From assembly GCF_009914755.1 (NCBI RefSeq), contig NC_060934.1: 64,000 nucleotides of DNA; one strand, written 5' to 3'. The notes under the pieces are model-generated. The model did not search any database and was not told where the DNA came from. It worked only from the letters and a program-made list of their open reading frames with translations. The translations under genes were made by a program, and so were the position numbers. Origin of the DNA: the human T2T-CHM13v2.0 reference genome, Homo sapiens. This document shows positions 1-10,213 of this stretch, piece by piece (position 1 is the first letter of the stretch; every line of letters starts with the position of its first letter).

Positions 1-223
1 CTTTATTAACTCCTCTTTGTACAGGCATGTCTTTGTCTTGTGGGTGTGATTCTTGCTAATAATACTGCTGAGATTTCTTTGAATTTGCCACCGATATTTT
101 TCTTCCACTTACTGCAAGGCTTAAAGATTTTCCTAGTGGTGCTCTGTTCCCCTTTCTCTTGATGAGAGATTTGGAAACCTGCTCTTGGGCCGAGTTTGCT
201 ATAGAACCTCTGTACAGTCCATC
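1..223 (-). pseudogene. PHACTR2P1: PHACTR2-like processed pseudogene fragment (N-terminal region up to first RPEL repeat), continues off the window edge
   Basis: Minus-strand translation across frameshifts gives DGLYRGSIANS...IKRKG...STTRKIFKPCSKWKKNIGGKFKEISAVLLARITPTRQR...KEELIK, matching recalled PHACTR2 DGLDKASIANS...[50 protein letters not shown]; frameshifted and uninterrupted by introns. Symbol from memory. Confidence 0.75.
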
Positions 224-409
224 AGCTCAGCTGGAGATGTTGACCCAGAACAGAGGCTCCTGGTGGAGGACAAGAGGTGGCCCTGGAAGTGGAAGTGGGG
301 TTGCGGGTCTCTGGAGAGCCAGGCAGCGGAAGGCTCAGCTCCCAGACTTGGGGACTTGCTCTCACTGCCTGCCTGAACCATCCACTCCTGGAATATGTGT
401 GTGTGTTTA

Positions 410-1280
410 AACAGTTTTATTGAGACATATAATTCATATACCATATAATTCACCTATTTAAAATATATAATTCAGTGGTTTGTAGTATATTCAGAGTTGT
501 GCAGCCATCACCATGGTCAATTTTAGGACATTTTCATCACCACAAAGAGAAGCCCCGTACTTTTTAGCTGTCACTTCCTTACCCTCCACACTACCATCCC
601 TAAGCAACCACTAATCTACTTCGTCTCTGCATTTGCGTATTCTAGACATTTCATTCAAGTGGAATAATATAATACGTGGCCTTTTGTGACTGGCTGCTTT
701 CAGTTAGCATAATGTTTTCCAGGTTAATCCATGTTGTGGCATGTGTCAGAACTTCATTCCTTTTTGTAGCTGAATAGTATTTCATTATAGACCACATTTT
801 GTTCATTCTTCTCTTGATGGGCATTTGGGTTATTTCCACATTTTAACCATTGTAAGTAGTGCTGCTATGAACATTTGTGTACAGGTTTTCATTTGAACAC
901 CTGTCTCTATTAAATAGTTCTTTTGGGTGGAAATGGCCAGATTATCTGATAATCCTGTTTAACTTTTGAGAAACTGCCAAACTATTTTCTACAGTGGCCA
1001 CGCCGTTTTACGTTTCCACCAGCAATGTATTTCAGTACATTCCAGTTTGGAGGGTTCCAATATCTCCAATCTTTGCCAACACTTATTTTCCTTTTTTTCT
1101 AAATGCAGTCATCCTACTTAGTGTGAAGTGGTATCTCATTGTGGTTTTGATTTGCATTTCCCTGATGACAAACGATGTTAAGGATTTTTTTTTTGTACTT
1201 GTTGGCTATTTCTGTGTCTTAGTTGGAAAAACATGTATTCAAACGCTTTGCCAAGTTTTTAATTGGGTTGTTGATTTGTA
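410..1280 (-). mobile_element. Old L1 (L1M-type) 3' end fragment
   Basis: Typical antisense L1 3' motifs (accactaatctact, tggaataatataatacgtggccttttgtgactggc, gtggtatctcattgtggttttgatttgcatttccctgatg); ORF 651-839 resembles the L1 ORF2 C-terminus. Confidence 0.8.
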
Positions 1281-1299
1281 AATAAAGTTTTGTTGGGAA

Positions 1300-1522
1300 C
1301 AGGGTTGGGATTAGGGTCAAGTGAGTGAGGTACGATTATGCAACTACAGGGATGTATTCTATCTTAAATGTTTGATGCTTTGTCCATCATATTTATCATA
1401 TTTTTGCATTAATTTTGATTTTAAAAAATATTGCACCAATTGTCTTGTTGACAAAATTAATGACACCCTTTAAAATCTGTACCAGAGACCAGTACCTCAC
1501 TCACCTCACTGCAGTCCCAGCT
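1300..1522. mobile_element. Non-autonomous hAT-type DNA transposon (MER96-like)
   Basis: Imperfect terminal inverted repeats: gggttgggattagggtcaagtgagtgagg ... cctcactcacctcactgcagtcccagc. Confidence 0.5.
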
Positions 1523-1559
1523 GCGTTTAAATATCTGGTGGAAAAACAGGCAAGCATTC

Positions 1560-2480
1560 TGGAAATGCGCAGTCCCAGCAGGGAAGTAGGCCTGGCTGCG
1601 GGGTCGCGGCCTAGGGCATTGGTCGCCGGATACAGAGAACTAGAAACCGGGAACTGTCCAGCACGCCCGTGCCTGTCCTGGCCCTTCTCCCATGCAAGGC
1701 TGAGCGCAGCTCTGTCCGGGCTACCTTAGACAGACTCCATCGTGGCCAGGGCCGACCTCTCTGCCTTTCTTGTCCTTTCCCGCCCGTTATCGCAGGAAAC
1801 CCCCGACTCTATCGACAGCGGGAAAGAGGCTCTGAGACTGGAGAGGAAACCACGGACCTGCAGGGCCCGCCTCGCCTCTCCGCTAAGCCAAGTGGTGTTC
1901 CCAACTTGCTTCGACTTGCTTCCGTGCGCTCAGGTCGCCTGCCCGGTCCAGCAGTGGTAATGGAGTGGCCAGGCACGCGGCAGCCACTGTCTCTTAGGCA
2001 TGCGATGGCCTAGGGGCCAGACGCTCGGTGCAGTACCCTCGCCCGGCCCGCCAGCGCCCCCCTCCAGCCGCAGGCACTGTCCCTGACGAAGGCGAAGGCG
2101 CCAGCGAACTCTCGCGGGAGTGGCCACCCTGGCGCCCCTCCCCCGCCGGGCCGGGGTCTGTGCCCTCCTTGGTAGGCGTAGGATGCGCAGGATGGAGCGC
2201 GCATGCGCACTGGCCGCCAGCCGAGGACGGAAGTGGGCGTCCGGAAGCTAGACGTGTCCCCTGGGCGTGACTTGGCACTGCCGCGTCGCAGTTGCCGCAT
2301 TCGCCGCATTCGCTGCAGGCGCGAGGTTGGGTGCAGGCAGCTGTTTGAGCCTCGAGGCATCGACGGACGGACAGACGGACGGACTGACTGACGATGCCGC
2401 GCTCTCACAGGCCTCCGCCTACCGCGCAGCGGGCTGCCACTGCCGCAGCAGCCGAGCCCAAGTCTGAGGGCGTTGTGGCT
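1560..2480 (+). promoter_or_regulatory. INPP5F: Intronic CpG island; INPP5F_v2 promoter and maternally methylated germline DMR
   Basis: CpG-dense GC-rich island in an AT-rich intron; ZFP57 motifs at 1977 (GCGGCA), 2279, 2293, 2395 and 2441 (TGCCGC); NRF1 palindrome GCGCATGCGC at 2199-2208; ETS CGGAAG at 2228 and 2242. Imprinting status is established knowledge, not visible in the sequence. Confidence 0.85.
2362..2393 (+). repeat. (GACN)8 tetramer tandem repeat
   Basis: gacg gacg gaca gacg gacg gact gact gacg directly before ATG 2394. Confidence 0.85.
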
Positions 2481-2714
2481 ATGACTTTCAAGATTTTTCT
2501 CCTTTTTGCAGGGCTTATGGTTAAAGTTCCTGTGGGGTTATATTTTTCCTGCAAATTACTTCTTTTCCAAAGTCTGATGTTGATGTCCCCTGAAGACAGC
2601 GGCTTTTATGCGACCATTGTTGCAGTGGTCGGGCTTCATGTGGTGCTGGCAATTTTCGTCTTCATAGTGTGGAAGGAGGGCTTGCCCCAGTGGCGGGAAA
2701 ACAAAAACGAATAG
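2394..2714 (+). CDS. Intact VMA21-like retrogene ORF (106 aa from ATG 2394, or 77 aa from ATG 2481) in the INPP5F_v2 first exon; two predicted TM helices
   Basis: MTFKIFLLFAGLMVKVPVGLYFSCK...MSPEDSGFYATIVAVVGLHVVLAIFVFIVWKEGLPQWRENKNE* aligns without gaps to recalled human VMA21 (STLKTLLFFTALMITVPIGLYFTTK...MSNRDSYFYAAIVAVVAVHVVLALFVYVAWNEGSRQWREGKQD*), about half identical by hand; intronless; same stop position. Translation is not proven. Confidence 0.75.
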   Translation: MPRSHRPPPTAQRAATAAAAEPKSEGVVAMTFKIFLLFAGLMVKVPVGLYFSCKLLLFQSLMLMSPEDSGFYATIVAVVGLHVVLAIFVFIVWKEGLPQWRENKNE

Positions 2715-2798
2715 AGCAGCTTCTTCAGAGCTGCAGACGTGGGGGGTGGGGAAATACCTAAAGGGTTTTTGTCTTGTTTCTTGTTCGTATTGAACGTG

Positions 2799-2799
<1 letters not shown>

Positions 2800-2826
<27 letters not shown>
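2800..2826 (+). repeat. Poly(T)27 tract
   Basis: 27 consecutive T. Confidence 0.95.
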
Positions 2827-2830
<4 letters not shown>

Positions 2831-3066
2831 GGGAAGGGTGGGTGGGGAGGGAATTAAATATTTACTGCAGCTAAGACTTCAGTAAAATTGGGGGTGGGGG
2901 GAGGGTTGACATTTTCCGACTGCCTGTTACGTGCCAAGTGCTTTTTGTTAAGGACATAATGTTTTTGACTGGGGATCATGTTTGGCTGATGTAAATATTA
3001 ATGCCAAAATAGGAGCTAGGATGAAAGTAACACTGTAATTAGTAGTAGAATTTATTTCATATTAAA

Positions 3067-3122
3067 ATGTGTCATGACGTAATTTTTATGGCTTGGCTCA
3101 AGCAACAATTTTCAGAGTGCAC
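3067..3122 (+). CDS. INPP5F: INPP5F_v2-specific N-terminal coding segment (MCHDVIFMAWLKQQFSEC-T) ending at a splice donor
   Basis: ATG 3067 reads open to donor AC|GTAAGT at 3122/3123; phase matches exon 4429; spliced CDS 56+72+74+129+88+1150 = 1569 nt = 522 aa plus stop. Confidence 0.75.
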
Positions 3123-4428
3123 GTAAGTATCAACGCGTAAAACTTAACATTTTACAGTGTTATTTGGTATTATTCTCTATGAAGCTGTCTGGATCGGTCT
3201 CCTTTTCCCATTGGTTAATTGGTTAATGCTCAGATTTTGGCTCCTAGAATCGATCTGTGTGTTCCCGGTCTTGGCATCTCATTATGTCATTTGCTGTATT
3301 TTTTGATATATTATTGTACGTGCAAATTGAGGTGAATTTGTTGTTTTAGATTAAGACTGTTGGACTCAAGCTACAACGAGGTGTCTCTGATGTAAAAAAC
3401 TGCAGTTTAAGATTATGGTAAATCCTTCCCTGCAGTACCTGTTAAACAATGACCTCATTCTTACGCAGATTTAATAAATTTTTTTTCCACTATTATTTTC
3501 TGCTTGTTATTAGTAGCATTTTGATAAGGTCTAGGGAATAGGTATGAAATCCCAAGGGAGAAATGTCGGCTTTCTTACAGTGGAATTTGGAGACCAGCAT
3601 AAGAATGCAGAAACATCTCTCTTTTGCTGGAAAGGCTATTATTGTTAGATTAATATTAGACTAAAAGTTTCACCTTAATTCAGATTCTGCCTGTGTTGTT
3701 AATTATTTGTAGATTTTATACTTTAAGAATTTTCTTATTGGTAATTTTACAAGGATGTACATTTTACTGTAGTTTTGGTTTCATGGTTCATGAACACTAC
3801 CTGGATTCTAATTCTTGTTTTCATCATTGATTTTAGAATGGGTATAAATATGGCAAAATGGAATAAGGAAGTGTTTGTTTATTGAAAGCCAAATAATCTA
3901 TAATGACAAAAATGCAAAAGTAGCTTGGACTTGTTCCATTTTTGCACATAAATACTGTATTAATGTAAAAGTCTTTCAAAAGATGCCTTCCACATGAATG
4001 TAAAGATATCCTGAATGTATAGTGTGTTATTTTGAAGATTAGATAATGTGAGATAGTTTAGATGATTTCTCCCTTCTCACTCTCACGTATTTCTTTCTTC
4101 TTCCCTTAACTGCTTCTCTATCATCCTCCAATACCACCAGTCCCCCACCTCAAATTATCCCATTTCCTGAGGGACTCCTTCCTCCTTTGGCTGCCTTTCT
4201 CTACGCTCCATCCCTCACTTCCCACATCTGCTTTTCCTTGTTTTTTAAAGACTGTCCAAATGGATAGATTGTATTACATCTAACTGCAGTAGAACTCATT
4301 GATTACCTTCTTCTTTTCCCTCCCCCTGGCCAATTTTTTGTCCTAAGTAGCTCTGCTGTAGAAATATGCTTGGCAAAAAATGCAGATGGAAATGAAAATA
4401 CTTAATCTCCTGTGTCATATTTGTTTAG

Positions 4429-4500
4429 CCTCATTGATGCTACTCACAGAGACGTGGATGTGCTGTTACTGCTTTCTAACTCTGCCTACTACGTGGCCTA
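4429..4500 (+). CDS. INPP5F: INPP5F (SAC2) coding exon, LIDATHRDVDVLLLLSNSAYYVA
   Basis: tttag| acceptor, |gtaagt donor; frame continuous with next exons; recognised SAC2 sequence. Confidence 0.93.
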
Positions 4501-4920
4501 GTAAGTTGCTTATTGATTTAAAGGTTTTGATTTTGTTTTTTAAACTTGAGTAAATTTTCTTTTTAGAATTCGTAACAAAAAAATGTGAGAATATGGTTTT
4601 GTTATGTATTTTATGAAACTTCATTGAACCCCTTTACCTTATATAACTGTTACGTCATTCTAACTTCCTTTTATCTTTATCGGTTTGAAAGCAAGATTTT
4701 ACAGTTAAATTAGTATGTTTATGTTATAGTGTATTCTTTTGGCATTTGGTGTTATTTCCTATATATTTCCCAGGTTTTGATGTATTCCATACGTTTTTAT
4801 CACTAATGACCACGTATCATTGTTTGCATTACTATAGTGAAGTTTTTCCTCACTGTTAGGTATTAAATTACTTACAATTTTTTGTTACTACCAATGATGC
4901 AGTTGTCTTTATGCAATAAC

Positions 4921-4943
4921 GTGTGTGTGTGTGTGTGTGTGTG
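4921..4943 (+). repeat. (GT)n microsatellite
   Basis: gtgtgtgt run. Confidence 0.9.
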
Positions 4944-5447
4944 CATGTGCCTGCGCACTTCTTTGGTTACAAGGGTATGATGAATTATGACTTTTGTGGT
5001 TTGTTGTCAGATTGATCTCCAGAAAGACTCTCAATGAACAGTGCTAGTAGCAAAATACAAGCACCTGTTTCCTCACACCTTACCAGAATTGTTCTAATTT
5101 GTATTTACTAAGTAAATATTCAATTTATTTTTGGCTTTGTGTAAACTATTGTTTTTTAGTCATTTGCCCAGATGCCTGTTGGCATATATCATATGGATTT
5201 TTCATTCTCGATTTTGGATATCAGATTTAACAGCTGTATTGTTCCCAAATACATAGTTTGTTTCTCTTTCTGTCTTTCTCCCTCCTCTCTCTCTCTCCCT
5301 CCCTTCATCTCTGCCTCCCTCCGTCTCTTGCTCTGTGTGTGTGTGCACACGCGCGCGCATGTGTTTGCCTTGTAAGTTAGGTTTTAGGTTTGTTTTCATT
5401 TTATATGAGTTTTTATAAAACTTAAAATATTTTAACCTTGTAGTTGC

Positions 5448-5770
<323 letters not shown>

Positions 5771-6013
5771 GTAGTTGCTTTTTTTAACTGTTAGATGTGT
5801 AAACTTATTTTCCCTTAGCTGTTGAACTATATATATGTTATTCTTGTTTAATTTTTAACAGAGTTCTTATGTTTAACATTTTACCCCAGAATGTATGTGC
5901 TGTGGAAGATTTTGTTAACTGTATGTAACAGTTTGCAGCTATTATGCCTTCCCTGACAAGCCAAATATGCTTTTGATTTAAATCCTCTTTTAACTTCATT
6001 TCCTTTTATCTAG

Positions 6014-6087
6014 TTATGATGATGAAGTTGATAAAGTAAACCAGTATCAACGACTAAGTCTAGAAAACCTGGAAAAAATTGAAATAG
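6014..6087 (+). CDS. INPP5F: INPP5F coding exon, YDDEVDKVNQYQRLSLENLEKIEI
   Basis: tctag| ... ATAG|gtaagt; in frame. Confidence 0.93.
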
Positions 6088-6653
6088 GTAAGTTTTAACA
6101 TACTAATCAAGTCATCAAAAGCAAATGCTGTTGTTTCCAAGAGGGGGTCAAATTATTTAAGCAAGAACCTGGTTTAAGTTTCACCTACAAATGCTTTTCT
6201 TCACTATTATTTTCCATTTGTTGTTAGTAGCATTTTGATGAGGTCTAGGGAATAGGTATGAAATCCTAAGGCAGAAATGTCGGCTCTTCTTACAGTGGAA
6301 TTTGGAGACCAGTATAACATCTGTTAGAAACCAGAAAGGGATATTCCAAGCTGTCTACTTCTTAGAACTTCCTTTCTATTCATTATAGGTTAGTGATAGA
6401 TATGGTCTTATCATAATAACTGTGTTCCTTTTATTATTTACCTTGTGAAGATTACCCCAGGGATCAAGAAAGCTTAAATGATTGAAATTGAAAGAGTTCT
6501 TCTAGCCTTATCAAACCAAATGGTCACCAGAAGTTTGTATTTTGTGTGCTGTCATTTATATTATGAAGAAAAATGTGTTGGGTCTTTTTAAGATAATAGA
6601 AGAAAATGTTATGTGAAACATTTAACTTTATACGTATTCATTTGGGATTTTAG

Positions 6654-6782
6654 GCCCTGAACCCACTCTTTTTGGTAAGCCAAAGTTCTCCTGCATGCGA
6701 CTGCACTACAGATACAAAGAAGCGAGTGGCTATTTCCACACATTGCGAGCTGTAATGCGTAATCCTGAAGAGGATGGAAAAG
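6654..6782 (+). CDS. INPP5F: INPP5F coding exon, PEPTLFGKPKFSCMRLHYRYKEASGYFHTLRAVMRNPEEDGK
   Basis: tttag| ... AAAG|gtaaaa; in frame. Confidence 0.93.
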
Positions 6783-7397
6783 GTAAAAAGAGGAAGAGAT
6801 GAAAGTATTCAGTGAAAACTTTCTATTTATTCTTAAAAGCCCAAATGGAATTGGGGACATTTCATATCATAACCAACTGAATGAGAGAGGGTCCAGGGAA
6901 TAGCTTTGGAATATGAGACCTTGAAATAGCAACTCTGTTTCCAGCAACCCAGGGAAATTATCTGAATGTATTATTTAGTCTGGGGCAAGGGAATCTTTAG
7001 CGGGGATTCTCAGGGAGTTTGGCCCCATCAGTGATCGTATGGGTGTCAAGGCTCTTCACATGTCATGTTCTTTTCATTTGTAGCAGGTAGGAATCATGCC
7101 TGTCTCATTCATGGCTGTTGCCTTGGCATCTGTCACAGTGCTTGAACAAACATGAACTAGAACAAACTTTTATTCCCCGATTTCATTCTTTTGCTTTTGT
7201 TCTTTTAAAATGTTAGAACATTGTGAATTAAGTGGGGGAGACTAGTGAACAGGTGGCAGTTTTCTATAAATCGAAGCAAATAAATTTGTATTTAATTATA
7301 CGACGACAAATTTCATTCAGCGCTAAATGGGTTAGAACTGCTATTTTTTTTAGTATGTTTATGGAGAAATTGGCAGGCAGTTATATTTGGGTTGCAG

Positions 7398-7485
7398 ATA
7401 CCCTTCAGTGCATTGCAGAGATGCTGCAGATCACCAAGCAAGCCATGGGATCGGATTTACCCATAATTGAGAAGAAACTTGAGAG
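7398..7485 (+). CDS. INPP5F: INPP5F coding exon, DTLQCIAEMLQITKQAMGSDLPIIEKKLER
   Basis: tgcag| ... GAGAG|gtgagt; seen in ORF 7232-7489. Confidence 0.93.
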
Positions 7486-7659
7486 GTGAGTATACTGCTT
7501 CTCTCAAGAATAAAGGCATTCTTATCCAAGGTCTTATTTGTTTAAAATTATTTGCAGGGGGAAAGGGGAGGAGATCACATTATGGTAAGGTGTTGGTATT
7601 TAGAGAGGTAAGGATCAAATTTCTGCAGATCAAAATACTTTCAACATTCTTCATGTATA

Positions 7660-8400
7660 CAATTTTCAGGTAAGTTTTAGACTTACAGAAGAGTTGCACA
7701 GGTAGTTTAGAGGGTTTCCATGTACTCTTCCTTCGGCTTCCCTTTATATTACCGACTTATAACCATAGACCATTTATCAAAACTTAAGAAAGTAACCTTG
7801 GCACGGTAAGATTAACCAAAGTACAGATTTCACTAGGTGTTCACTAGCATCCTTTTTCTGTTCCAGGATCCAGTCTGGGATTCCACACTGCATTTAGTTG
7901 TCTCTGTAGTTTAATGTTATTTCCTCAATCTTGTCTTTTCTTTCATAACTTTGACATTTTTTAAGAGTACTGGTCAGCTGTTTTGTAGAACATCCCTCCA
8001 TGTAGGTTTGTCCAGTGTTCTTTCCTGATGAAGCTAAGGTTATGCATGGTCAGGAAGGACACCACAGAAGCCACGTGCACTTCTTAGTGCCTCGTGCTGT
8101 GGGGAGGGAGGGCGTGATGGCCTGTGTAGTATTGTTGAGGTTAAGCTTGATTACTTGGCTGGGGTAGCATCTGCCAGGATTCTGCACTGCAAACTTTGTG
8201 TTTTCCTCTTTATAATTGCTAAATATTTAGGGGAAATTACTTTGAGACTATGTAAATATTGTTTCTGTGTAAACCTAAGACTATTCATTTTCATAACCAT
8301 TGTGGATCTTTTCTATAATAATTATTCCTGTCATGATCTATGGTCATTTTTCTAATTTTCATTCCTTCTACACTTGTTAATTGGAATTCTTCTGTAAAGC
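7660..8400 (-). mobile_element. Old L1 (L1MC/ME-like) 3' fragment
   Basis: Motifs ttttagacttacagaagagttgc, ctgttccaggatccagtc, cacactgcatttagttg, gagtactggtcagctgttttgtagaa. Confidence 0.6.
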
Positions 8401-9769
8401 CACTGCACCCAGCCTCTTGTACACATTTTTAACCTATACAGATTAATAACCTTTTATTGCCAAAGATTGTATTTTATGCATTTTCCACATTACTGTAGAA
8501 TTCATAACTACCATTTAAATAGATGCCTCCTGTGATCAGTTTGGAAATGTATTGTGTGGGTTCAGAACATGGACTCTGAGACTCCTGGTTCTATCAATTA
8601 CTCTTTAACCTTGGAAAACATACTCCTTTACTTCAGTTTTGTTATCTGTAAGATGAGAGAAAATCCATGTCAGTGCATTGCATGAACTGAATAACGCACT
8701 CAGACCTGGCACACAGCTATTAAACTCAATTGCCAAGAATTTTGGTTGCTAAGCATTTTTTCCTTTTATAAAGAAGTCATGACAGATACCTTTGTCATGT
8801 ATTACTTTTTCATGTTTAGGATGATTTCTTTAGAATAGCATCCTCAGGTTGTGAATCTGGATTAAAAGATGTGGGTATTTCACTTGTCCCTAACAGTGCC
8901 ATACAAAGGTTATTGCTTATCCTCAGTTTCAAGAAAAACTCTGAAGACCCAGAGTTTCATTATCTTGAGTGATATGGCATTTAAAATATGCTTAGGATAT
9001 CCCTCTAGGTGTGTTTAAAAGTTTTGATACAGAGTAACACTGACTGTCTCCACAAGTATTTACGTAGGTGGTATTTTGCCAAGAGAACCGGTCTGAGAGC
9101 AAGGGCCCTGCAAGGATTTTGCCATCCTTGACACAACTCACGTGGCCACAAGTGATACATTTTTAACTCCTAAGTAAACTGATGAGAGGAAACATTGAAA
9201 TTTTTTCTAAATACTTTGTAGAGAAAATAGTATGTTTTAAACACTAGGCTTTTGAATTTGGAAAAAGAATGCCTATCAACAGATTATTTCATATTTAAAA
9301 AGTGTGGCTTTTCTTTCTAATGAGCATCTGTCAGGTTTTGTGGTCCACATTCTGCTAGTGAAGAGAGCCATTTGGCCGGAAGAAAATTGTTCAGGCTTTT
9401 GTTAAAGAATTACTTTAACCCATAATTTTTCTGCAGTATGCTCATGATCAGTGATCTTGCATGATCCAACAGTACAAATGCACACACTGAGACATTTGTG
9501 GCAAATAGCATCAACTTTTCTTTCTTATTTATAGCTGTCATGAGGGATACCAAAGGAGAGAAGACACTAATTGTTAAATGTCCCAAATCTTTTAAAATCA
9601 GGTAACCCACAGGACATATAAGAAAATGGAAGTCTTACTCCTGTCTCCCCCCACTATCTGAATTTGAGTCACACTGGGATGTGTATAGATAACCTTAGTT
9701 AAGGTGCTGCAGATTCCCATTTACAGTCAGAGATGTCTTTGCTGATTGTACAGATGGTGGCTGTGCTAG

Positions 9770-10060
9770 ACCCGCACTGCTCACAATGGTAGCCACTCAC
9801 CACATGTGGTTGTGAAGCCTTTTAGAATGCGACTAGGCTGAATTCAGGTGTGCTGTAATTATAGAACACCACACATTGCCTATATTGAATTAGTCCAAAA
9901 AGGAATATTAATCATCTTTTAATATTTTTATGTTGAAATATTTTGTATATATTGGGTTAAATGAAATGCTGCTAATTTCACTGCTGCTTTCTAATGTGGC
10001 TGCTAGAAAAATTGTAATTATGCATGTATTTCATATATTTCTATTGGATAGCACTGTTTT
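9770..10060. mobile_element. MER3/MER33-like hAT-Charlie DNA transposon
   Basis: gtagccactcaccacatgtgg ... atatttctattggatagcactg ends. Confidence 0.6.
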
Positions 10061-10213
10061 AATGTCAACTCTGAGGGTTATCTGTCAGTTAGCAATGCAC
10101 TGTTTTCAAGAAGTTGGGACCAATTTGAATAACTGTTTTCACTTATGTTAATAACTGGAACTGGCATATTGGATTCCATGGGGAATTAACTTTTTTTCTC
10201 TTCTAATTTGTAG

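Noticed and set aside
1415-2467. Many short ORFs across the INPP5F_v2 CpG island
   Set aside because: GC-rich artefacts with no homology. The DDAALSQ stretch in ORF 2267-2467 faintly recalls the VMA21 N-terminus (DKAALN) but is too short to support.
2800-2826. Poly(T) as the retrogene poly(A) tail
   Set aside because: Wrong orientation for the + strand VMA21-like copy, and no antisense retroelement body or TSD is adjacent.
6236-6331. Possible C/D-box snoRNA (TGATGA) in the intronic duplicated block
   Set aside because: The box C motif is absent in the other copy (TGATAA), and no well-placed CTGA box D or terminal stem was seen.
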